Of a DNA stretch of 64,000 bases, positions 42,178 through 51,806 are shown piece after piece (within the stretch, counting starts at the first letter, position 1; each line of letters begins with the position of its first letter). A program made the position numbers and the translations under genes. The notes beneath the pieces are model-generated. The model worked only from the letters and a program-made list of their open reading frames with translations. It did no database searches and was not told where the DNA came from. The stretch is taken from the NCBI GenBank assembly GCA_964106645.2, contig OZ067045.1, one strand, 5' to 3'. The stretch comes from Podarcis pityusensis (lineage: Eukaryota).

Positions 42178-45100
42178 AGGACCCCCCACCCCCACCCCTG
42201 GCACGATTTTCCGGTACAACCTCCTCTCTCTCCTCGGTCGACGATGCGGGGAATCCCCTGAAGGAACTGTCATCATCTTCTGAGGATTCAAAACCAGCCA
42301 CCCATCCGCTCAGATTTCTTCCCGCTGGTTGAACCTCCCAGTCTGATCCTTCTCCCTCGGACACCTCCCCTCCCTCCTCTTCGGAGGCAGGAAAACCCAC
42401 AAAGTCCCCTTCGTCATCTGTGGGTCCAAATTCTTCCTCCCAGAATCTAGCTAATGGTTTGGGCTTATCCGGGAACAAACCGTGGAATTCTTCCACCAGA
42501 TACCCGTCAGTGATTGATTCAGCAGGGACCCAAGTGTTTTCAGACCTAGGTTCCCCCTCCCAGGCTACCAAGTACTCTACCTGGCGACCTCGCCACCTTG
42601 AATCGAGTATTTCCGTGGCTTTGTTACAGTGTTCCCTCTCCTCTACCTGTGGGTGGGTGGTAACCCCTCCCTCCCGTCCCGGGAATTCCCGCCCCTCCCT
42701 GTAAGGTGAAAGTAGGGACCTATGGAACACCGGATGTATCTTCATGCTGTCAGGCAACTTGAGTTTAAATGCCACGGGGTTAACCTGCTGTATTACCTCA
42801 AAAGGCCCCAGCCGCCTAGGCTGCAACTTCTTGCACCCTCACTTTAGGGGCAACCCTTGGGATGACAACCACACCCGGTCTCCCACCCGTATGGCCTCCC
42901 CCTCCCGACGGTGCCTGTCCGCCTGCCTCTTGTAAACTTCCTTGGCCCGCTCCAAGTTCAGCCTGAGTTGCTGGTGTAAGGCCTCCATTTCTTCCACCAA
43001 TTGCTCAGCCGCAGGTACACTCCATCCTTCCTCCCCCCGCCCCGAGAAGGCCCTGGGGTGACACCCGTAATTGGCCATGAAAGGGCTCATTCCCGTGGAC
43101 ACGTGTTCTGCGTTATTGTACGCAAATTCAGCCAAAGCTAATTTCTCTACCCAATCGTTCTGTCTCTCGCTGACATAGCAGCGTAGGTACTGCTGGAGTA
43201 TACTGTTCGCTCTTTCGGCTTGTCTGTTGGTTTCTGGGTGCCTCGCCGTCGATAAGCTCACCTCGACCTGTAGCAAGCTCATGAGTCTCCGACAGAACCG
43301 GGAAGTAAATTGTTTCCCACGATCCGAGATTACCCTCAATGGAGCCCCATGCAGTCTAAAAATGTGATCCACAAACAGCCTGGCTGTCTCCTCTGCCGTT
43401 GCTGCATGTGAGCAAGCTACAAAATGGCACATTTTAGTCAGTAGATCGACCACTACCATGACCGCTGTCTTTCCCCTTGACTTGGGCAGATCTGTCATAA
43501 AATCAATGGACACCACCTCCCAGGGCCTTTCTGGTGTAGGTAAGGGTTCCAGTAGCCCCGCGGGGGCAGCCCTTTCCCCCTTTGCCCTCTGGCATCGGTC
43601 GCACCCTCGTACATATTCTCGTACGTCTTCCCTCACCTTTGGCCACCAGAACTGCCTGGTGACAAGTAGCAAGGTCTTGTGCTGTCCAAAGTGACCAGCT
43701 GTTGGGTTGTCATGGAGTTGTCTAAGTACCTTCCCCCTCAAAGTCTCCCCTGGTACATACAGCGCCCCCTTATAGTACAGTAGCCCTTCCTTTTCCTCAA
43801 ACCCTCCATTGACTTCCTTTCTATCCCTGAGTTCCCTGATTTTTGTCTGAGCAAACTCATTGTCTCTGGTGAGCCCTGCCAGTTCTCATTTCCCAACCAA
43901 CGCTCCCACACACACACACCAGTCCTCGGGGAACACGTGCCTGGTCTATGGTGGCCCCTCTCCTTCCATGTACTCCGGTTTCTGGGAGAGAGCATATGCC
44001 CTTACATTTTCCTCTCCCGGCACGTAACGGATCTCAAAGAAAAACTTGGCGAACTCCTGGGACCATCTGATCTGTCTCTGGTTGAGCACTCGCGCGGTCC
44101 GCCAGTATTCCAAGTTCTTGTGGTCAGTTTGGACCTGGATCTTGTGCCGCGCCCCTATTAATAGATGTCTCCATTGCCGAAATGCTGCATAGATCGCAAG
44201 CAGTTCTCGGTCATACACCGTGTAGTTTTGCTCCGACTTGCTCAGCTTCCTAGAGAAAAAGGCACACGGCCTCCAGTTCTGCTTGGCACCGGGCTGCAAA
44301 AGGACCGCTCCAATCGCGCGGTCGGACGCGTCCGTCTCCAGTCTCATGGGTTTCTCCGGATCCATGTGCAGGAGCTGCTCTTCCGAGGCGAACGCCTTCT
44401 TCAGTTTTTCAAAGGATTGCTGCGCATCCTCTGTCCACACTAACTTCTTTTTGCTACTAGGACAATCCGTTATGGGCGCTGTCAAGTGAGTGAAGTTCTT
44501 TATGGACTTCCTGTAGAAGTTGCTGAAGCCTAGGAACCTCTGCACATCCTTTCTGTTTTTGGGGGCTTTCCATTCCAGCACTGCCTTCACTTTGCCCAGG
44601 TCCATGGCTAGTCCTTTGTCTGACAACCTGTACCCCAGGAACTCGACCTCCCTGGCGTGGAATTGGCATTTTTCCAGCTTGACCCACAACTGATGATTCT
44701 TCAATCTCTGTAGCACCTCCCTGACGTCTCTGACGTGTTGCTTTTCATTGTCCAAATAGATTAAGACGTCATCCAAAAAGGCTACGCAATTCTTGTACAG
44801 CAGGGGCCCCAACACATGGTGCATGAAGGCTTGAAAGCAGGCGGACCCCCGATTGTAATCCAAATGGCATGACTAAGTACTCAAAAGCCCCCAGGGGGGT
44901 GAACATGGTCATTTTCCATTCGTCCCCCTTCCTTATCCTAATCAGATTGTATGCTCCCCTGAGGTCCAGCTTGGTAAAAACCTTCCCCTGCCTCACACGT
45001 GTCAAAATATCGTCAATCCTGGGCATTGGGAAAGTCACGGGTTCTGACACCAGGTTTAGGGCCCGGTAATCCACGACTAATCTGGGCTGATTTGTCTCTT

Positions 45101-45715
45101 TTTTGTCCACAAAGAACACTGGACTGCCTCCCTCTCGCTGAAGACCTCCTTCAAATCAGCATATTGTGTTGGCACCTCCCTTTTTTGCTCCAGGGCCACC
45201 CCAGCCACCCTGGCCACAGTCCTTCTTGGTTCCTTCCCTCCCAGACAGTGTTCTAAGCAGTAAGCTGACCCAAAGGTGACCGACCCCTGATGCCATGACA
45301 CCACTGGGTCATGTATTGCCAGCCAGCTCATTCCCAGTATTATCGGGGGTCCTGCCAGCGTGGCCACGTGAAAGGCAATGGTTTCCGTGTGCCTGGAGAC
45401 ACTCATTCGCATTGGCGGTGTCTGGTGTGTCACTTCCCCTCCCAGGAGTTCCCTGCCATCGATGGTGGTCACCTGCAAGGGAAAATCTCGTGGCAACAGG
45501 TGGAGCTAGTGCTCCAGAGCGAAGTCTCTGCTGAAGAAATTACACGAGCTGCCAGAATCTAGCAGCCCCTCCACTTTGACAGGGTGCCCATTTGGGAGTT
45601 CTAGCACCACCTCTATGGCTATAGCTGCCTTGGGAGGGTCAGGCTGGGGCACTTCTATTGGTTGCTGGCCTGGCTGCTGCCCCTGCTGGTTGGCAGCCAG
45701 GCGTTGTCGTTTCCC
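42176..45715 (-). pseudogene. pol: Pol polyprotein (protease, RT, RNase H, integrase, GPY/F, chromodomain, acidic tail), inactivated
   Basis: PR LLDSG (DSG 45551-45559). [30 protein letters not shown]. RNase H TDAS/DRELLAI/TDHKNL. IN HHCC (LHDNPTAGH...CDRC) and D,D,E (SIDF, SDRG, AERAN). GPF module and chromodomain at about 42470-42625. Lesions: stops at 45506-45508, 43946-43948, 43886-43888 and 42839-42841, a deletion with frameshift near 45125, and a frameshift near 44855. Confidence 0.95.
45646..45715 (-). other. Programmed -1 ribosomal frameshift signal (G GGA AAC + H-type pseudoknot)
   Basis: Heptamer GGGAAAC at 45715-45709 in the correct gag phase, then a 6-nt spacer. Stem 1 is a perfect 10 bp (45702-45693 with 45677-45668). 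Loop GGGGCA (45683-45678) can pair with downstream UGCCCC (45651-45646). The -1 frame is open into the protease. Confidence 0.9.
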
Positions 45716-46671
45716 TGCACCGGCTCTTCCTCCCCCTTATCGTCGTGGCCTGCAGCCTCCATCATGCCTTGCCAGGCTTTTCGTTGAGGGCAGACCTTTG
45801 CAAAATGTCCCGGTCGCTGACAGAGGAAACACTTCTTGGTAGTTTTCCACTCCTTTTTCCGACCTTCACCAGCGTTTGAAACTTCGCACACACACGCTCC
45901 ATCAATTTCCATCGGCTCCGCCGCCTGGGAAGGCTCCCTCGGCATCTCCGGAATGTGGTTGTCATGGAAACGTTCCGCCCTTATCTCCCGCTTCTCCTGA
46001 GCCCACACTTCCTGGCGTACACCGATCGCAAGCACAGTCTTTGTGAGTTCATCCATCGACCGCGGGCGGGGCGCTCGGGACAACTCGTCTTTCACTTCGG
46101 GGGCCAAACCCGCTTCAAACAACATTTGTACTGGTTCAGAGTCCAGATCCCACCCGAGCTTGTGGACTAACATCACAAAACACGACCAGTAGTTTCTGAC
46201 GGACAGGCTCCCCTGCTTGCACCCCATCAGCTCCCTCCGTGTCACGCTTTGCTCAATCTCGCTGGAGAACATCGCGTCCATTCCCTGGTAGAATTTCTTA
46301 AGATCTTTCAAAGCGTCATTCCCCGTTGCCATCAAGGGCCTGATCCATTCGCGCGCCCCATCCTGCAGATGTCCAACAATGTAAGCCACCCTCTCCCCGT
46401 CATCAGCAAAGTCATTTTTCTGCAATTCCAAAGCGTACTGAATTTCCGTTCGGAAGGCATTGTAGTCTTGGGGCTCTCCACCAAACTTGTGTACCAGCCC
46501 CGGGACCTTCCTCCCTATCGGGGTGGCTCTGACCTGTGCATCCTGAGCCCGTCTCTCCTCCATCCGCGCAGACAGGGTAGCGACATGCGCCTCCAGGTCT
46601 CGGTTCCTCTCGACCAGACCTCGCACCATGGCTTCTTGCTCTGTCTCTCCGACCGGCCCTGTTTGGCTCAT
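45655..46671 (-). CDS. gag: Gag of the Gypsy element (338 aa, uninterrupted)
   Basis: ATG start. N-terminal coiled-coil-like segment, Sushi/PEG10-type capsid motifs (KFGGEPQDYNAF...VAYIVGHLQDGAREW, KQGSLSVRNYW) and CCHC zinc knuckle CFLCQRPGHFAKVC. Confidence 0.95.
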   Translation of the reverse strand: MSQTGPVGETEQEAMVRGLVERNRDLEAHVATLSARMEERRAQDAQVRATPIGRKVPGLVHKFGGEPQDYNAFRTEIQYALELQKNDFADDGERVAYIVGHLQDGAREWIRPLMATGNDALKDLKKFYQGMDAMFSSEIEQSVTRRELMGCKQGSLSVRNYWSCFVMLVHKLGWDLDSEPVQMLFEAGLAPEVKDELSRAPRPRSMDELTKTVLAIGVRQEVWAQEKREIRAERFHDNHIPEMPREPSQAAEPMEIDGACVCEVSNAGEGRKKEWKTTKKCFLCQRPGHFAKVCPQRKAWQGMMEAAGHDDKGEEEPVQGNDNAWLPTSRGSSQASNQ

Positions 46672-46711
46672 CGTGCTGCCTCTCCGGTGCTGCGCACAAG
46701 CAACGTCAGGG

Positions 46712-46722
46712 ACTGACGGATT
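46712..46722 (-). promoter_or_regulatory. Self-priming primer binding site (AATCCGTCAGT)
   Basis: Starts 2 nt after the LTR end, lacks the TGG of tRNA PBSs, and is exactly complementary to 11 nt inside the LTR (ACTGACGGATT, 41857-41847). Confidence 0.85.
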
Positions 46723-46724
46723 GC

Positions 46725-47077
46725 TGTAGTGGTTCTATGGGTTGCTCGTGCGTAAGCCGGTGCAAACACCTGGCTGGGTTTCTTTTTCTTTTTTCCATGT
46801 GCTTGTTAGGCAAAGACTAAATCTCTTTTTTTAAAAAATAATATTTATTACTTTCCAACAAAATAAACATACATAGAAAAAGAAAATAAACAATACAATA
46901 CAAAAACAATACCTAACACTAAACTAACAAAAACAATTTAAACTAAGAAAACAAAACAAAAACGATTTAAACTAAGAAAACAAAACAGAAACAATTTAAA
47001 ACACATCAGATAAATTCAATCTTTCATTCACTTATTTCCATGACCTCCTCACACCTCCCTTTTTGTATTCCCTGACA
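46725..47077 (-). repeat. Disrupted 5' LTR: only the first ~10 bp (47068-47077) and last 56 bp (46725-46780) remain
   Basis: Direct comparison with the 3' LTR; the interior is replaced by unrelated AT-rich sequence. Confidence 0.9.
46781..47067 (-). mobile_element. LINE (probably L1-clade) 3'-UTR fragment plus ~40 nt of extra sequence replacing the interior of the 5' LTR
   Basis: The minus strand is T-rich, with AATAAA followed by an A-tract (~46824-46849), then a short unique stretch and a second A-rich tract next to the LTR remnant. Composition resembles the L1 3' UTR at 40575-40790. Confidence 0.6.
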
Positions 47078-49524
47078 GCAGTGAACATTCATCATAAACT
47101 AATCATAATCTCTGACTCATGGCCATGTTGGCTGGGGCTCATGGGAGCTCTAATGCAGCTATACCTGGAGACCCAGAAGCTATGTGTTTGTTATGCATTT
47201 GTATGAGAAACATGGTTGGTTCAATACTTTTGCATTCATTTTCATTACATTTTTCTTGTCTTTCTTGTGGTGGCTGTGGGAGCAGAGCAGATTTCAGTCA
47301 TCGCTACTGCCAACAGCTGTCTTGTTTTCCCAGAATGCTCCATCTATTGTATTGTTCTGAGGTATTTCTTTTTCTGAGGGGTGGCAATGGCAGTCCAAAT
47401 AAAGTTTTTAAAAAGGCTTCTGATTGTCCAGAATGGCAAAATATCTAGGGCATTCTGGGAAAATAAAATAGCAGCCACCAGGAATAGTCTTGGGCCCATC
47501 AGCTCTATCAGGAACTGGCATGATTTGGCAACGCCAGATGCAAGAGGAGGAGGAGCAGATTGGGAGGGTGGCTGGAAGGGATAGTAGAGAAAGACCTTCC
47601 CCTTGTGATTCTAGATGTCAGAAGGGAGGGAGCATCATGGAGAGAGGAGTCCTTTGACCAACCAAAGAGAGGGGCTTAACAGGAGGCGGTGGTGGCAGAG
47701 CTGGAGTAGAAGGGCAGGAGACTGCCTTGTTGTCAAGAATCAGGTGCTTCCTTCATAGCTGGGATCAGATGCGCCTGCCCCAACAGCGCATGGGTTTCTT
47801 GCACAGCTTGTCTCATCTTTTGAAGCTTGGCAGAAGGGCCATGCCAAATGCTCGGACATCGTCATGTCTTCTGTTCAGTTATGAATTTCTTGCCTTGCTC
47901 ACATACTTTGGCATCTTGACTTCTGGACCTTTGTTCTTGATGTTAAACCTGAGTTTGGTTCTCTTCCCTACTTGGGAGTCTGGCACACCAGTGTCACCTC
48001 CTCTACCACCACCACCGATTCCAGAAAAAGGCAAAGTCACCTCAAGCAGGCATGATTATTAATATGTACCACTATGAATAATAAGAGATGTACCCGTTCA
48101 TACTTATTTGTTCATTGTGGAATTCCTTTTGGAATGAATGGATTTTGAACTCATCCCTAGTAGTCACACCTGAGAGGTGAGATGAATAAAGCTGGTAGAG
48201 GAAGGGAGGTTAATGGGGGTCTCCTCCAATAGTCTCTTGGCAAATGTCTTTTTCAATCTCTTTCTAATCAGGAAAGAAGTTGCTTGTGAATTAACAAGAG
48301 CTCTTATTCCTCTTTGCCAAAAACAAGACCTGGCACAGTTTAATCCCCTTCCCTCCAAGGAGCTCAGGGCAGCATATGTGGTTCTCCAAGGCCCTAACAC
48401 GAGCCAAATCCGGAAGGATGCAAAATGGCCTCCTGCAAGAGTGTGCCTGGAAAATGCCGTCGGATGAAGATGAATAAAATAGCTTTATAAACAACAGTGA
48501 TTGTAAAGAGTTCTGTTTCTGGAAATTTGGCAGCTGATTTGTGGATTTACAGTGACTTAAGACTGCAAAATGGCAGTTTGTGAGTAGTCTTGATTGTGAC
48601 TAGATCTTGTGGATTCTAGTCAAATGGTCCTCTGGCGACCTTTATCAAAAGTCTCCAAAATATACCCTCACTGCAGGGCCGGACCAGCCAAGAAGCAAGG
48701 TGAGGCAACCGCCTCAGGCAGCAGGATCCACAGGAGCAGCAGATCTGGGTTCCAAGGAATGCCTTGCCTGCTACTGCCGCTGCAGTAGCCGTGACTGCTG
48801 CCAGTGTGCTCCTTGGAGGCCAGGTCTGCCCCCCAGTGCCACTTTGACATTTTGCCGAATAGGAGTTGCTGCTGGTCTTCCCCTACCCCCTACCCCCGTT
48901 CCCTCCTGCCTTACTTCTGATGTAGATCTTTACTCCCCACTTGATGTAGATCTTCCCTCAACCCTTCTTCCCTGGCCAGGGGACGCACACACACCATTTT
49001 GTGGTTCACCTCAGGTGCCAAAATGTCTTGGGCCAGCCCTGCATAGGATTGTCGCCTGGAGGAAACAGAGATTTGATACAGACAGTGCTCTCTTTTTAGG
49101 AAAAATGGTGCCGGTCCTCACCATGAAGTTGTTACAGTAAGTGTCACACGTTCAACATTTTTTGGGGGGTGCCAGTACTGCGTGCCCTTGACTACCCACA
49201 GAAAAAAGTGTTGGGTACAGCAGGGGTAACCAAAGTGATACCCTCCAGAAGTTATTGGACTCCAGCTCCTATCAGCTCTGGCCAGCAGTGCCAAACATCA
49301 TGAATGGGAGCAGTAGTCCAACAATACCTGGAGGGCACCATATTGGTGACACCTGGGATGCAGACATGGAGATTTCAGGTTGGCTCCTGCAGTTAAAATT
49401 TCCGCATCCCCAGTTTCCCATGTGGCAACCCTTGTCACCAGGGCAGTTTACAAAACCAACATATCAGAAACAATCACATTTTATTTCAATTGCCTTTTTT
49501 TGTATAGTCCTCCCTACCAATGCT

Positions 49525-49867
49525 TTGTTGTTGTTGTTGTTTAGTCGTTTAGTCATGTCCGACTCTTCGTGACCCCATGGACCAGAGCACACCAGGCACT
49601 CCTGTCTTCCACTGCCTCCCGCAGTTTGGTCAGACTCATGCTTGTAGCTTCGAGAACACTGTCCAACCATCTCGTCCTCTGTCGTCCCCTTCTTCTTCTG
49701 CCCTCAATCTTTCCCAACATCAGGGTCTTTTCCAGGGAGTCTTCTCTTCTCATGAGGTGGCCAAAGTATTGGAGCCTCAGCTTCACAATCTGTCCTTCCA
49801 GTGAGCACTCAGGGCTGATTTCCTTCAGAATGGATAGGTTTGATCTTCTTGCAGTCCATGGGAATCT
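49525..49867 (-). mobile_element. 5'-truncated Bov-B (RTE-clade) LINE 3' end
   Basis: ORF 49553..49870 reads PWTARRSNLSILKEISPECSLEGQIVKLRLQYFGHLMRREDSLEKTLMLGKIEGRRRRGRQRTRWLD, the typical Bov-B C-terminus. (CAA)n tail; flanking duplication caatgct at 49518-49524 and 49868-49874. Confidence 0.93.
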
Positions 49868-51806
49868 CAATGCTACATAGCCAAATTAGACGGGCCCTGT
49901 AGCATTGCAGTGCATCTCTCAAATGACACGACCCCTGGTTCATTGGGAGAGAACAGAAGGGCAGCAAAGAAGCAACAGAGGAGAAGGTGGTGGGGAGAAT
50001 CTGCAGTCAAAATAACAGGAAAATATGTACATGGGGGCCCTGTGTACCTTCAAAAAACCCATTCCCTCCCATATTTTGTATTTCCCCACTCCCATTGGTG
50101 CAGCCCTAGTTTATTTGGTTACTTCAAACACTATGCGGCAAAGTATCCTATGGGGGCAGACATATTTTTTTCTGTGCAAATAAATTTTCCTTGTAAAAAT
50201 GAATTCTCATCAGCCCCAGCCAGCATGACCGTAGTGCCTGGGACTAATGGGAGTCGCAGTCCAAACATCTGGAGGGTGTGGAAGGCTGTTCCACTTCCAA
50301 AACCAGGATTTTGCTATGTGGCCTTTATTCCCACTGCTGCCCATTCTCCTGGAAGCTTGTGATCAATACAGCACATAGAGAGGGGATAACATCACCCATG
50401 CGAATAATCCAATTGATTCAATGAGGCAACTAATCATATGACTTCTATTTACTTACGTACTTGGCTGTTTGCAAAGGTAACCTTTCGGATATGAAGTCTG
50501 ACAATCTTTTCAAGATTACTATCCAAATTAAGCATCTAAAGACACCTGGGTGAAAATGCCGCAGGCCAGGTCAAGGGAGGGGGGAACCCCACATACACCC
50601 CAGTTAACTGTGTGATTGCTTAAAGGAGGAGGAATCCCTCTGGATCTCTCCTCCTCCTCCTCCTCTTCTTCTTCTAATGGCACAAGACCAGTCATGAGCA
50701 GATGCATTGTAAGAGGCACTCCCAAGCATATTTCATAGCACTTTTCATTGTTGAAAGTGCACTTTTCCCATAGCACCCTGCAATATAAGTAAGAGATGGG
50801 AGCACTTCTGGGGCTGATCAATTTTCTGCCCCTTCAGATTTGAATACCTTATTTTATATTGCATCTGTAGTCCATTTTACAACTTGAGATGATTTATCCT
50901 TCTGCAAAGTGTTGCAAATTTCCCCATGAAACAGACAGGCAGAAAAGTCAATGCAACACAGGTCTGAACAGCACTACAAGCTGTTCCCTATTTTCAGCTG
51001 AAGGTAGGTAAGCCAGGAGGCTGAGTGTTGGCTGTTGGAGATGCCACAAAGCACATGACTGGGCTTCTAATGCTTGTGCAGTCAGCTCAGGCCTGTCCAT
51101 TCCAGAGGCTTCATACTGCCTACCAAACATTGTCCATTGGTGGATACATTCCAAGCATTTAGATTTTCATGGGTGGGGGACTTAGACCAGACCACTGAAA
51201 TCGCCAAGGAAGAAGAGAAAGGGGGACATTAATCTGCATATCTGTGTGTCCTGAATTCGTCATTTTCGAGTGGCCCTGTTTCCTACTTCACAGAGATTGC
51301 TCTTCTCAGTCCAAGTCCTGTTGAAACACAGATGGAGCCCAGAGAGAAATGAACTGGTGATAACACATGGCTGAGGAAAACTGAACAAAAACTGTGTATT
51401 TGAAAGCAGTTTTGTGTTTCTTACTTCAAGCCTTGTATATTGCAGGGAGACATTCAATCAAAGGTACAGAGGAAAAACTCCCACAGCTTTGCACAGCCAA
51501 TCAGAGTGTGTGCCAACTTAGCAAACATCATGCCACTCTACTTAGATGCTAAGCAACACCTTCACCTGGCACCCTCTTGGCTAGTTGTATTGACCACTAG
51601 CAAAATTAACTTAAGCTGCTAACTGAATGATCCCTGCTGTTTCACTTCCAACATGAATTCAGGATGAGATGACAATAATATCTAAATTTGCATCTACAAA
51701 CATAAATTAGCACATGCAAATTTATGCAAATCTGCATTCCCCTTTGTCCTCTTTTTTGGTGATGTGTTTCTGATTGTTTAGCCAATGTGTAAGTGGTCAC
51801 TTCCAA

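Larger units (their letters stand above)
41729..47077 (-). mobile_element. Ty3/Gypsy LTR retrotransposon, chromovirus of the Tf1/Sushi (PEG10/RTL1-related) type; near full length, defective
   Basis: Domain order gag-PR-RT-RNaseH-IN-chromodomain on the minus strand. A 56-bp LTR end is shared by 41729-41784 and 46725-46780 (55/56 identical). The LTR start remnant ttccctgaca occurs at 47068-47077 and at 42154-42163. Perfect 5-bp TSD GCAGT at 41724-41728 and 47078-47082. Confidence 0.97.

Noticed and set aside
46249-46716. Antisense ORFs over gag/pol (also 42420-42704, 44165-44489)
   Set aside because: Shadow frames of GC-rich coding sequence; no independent signals.
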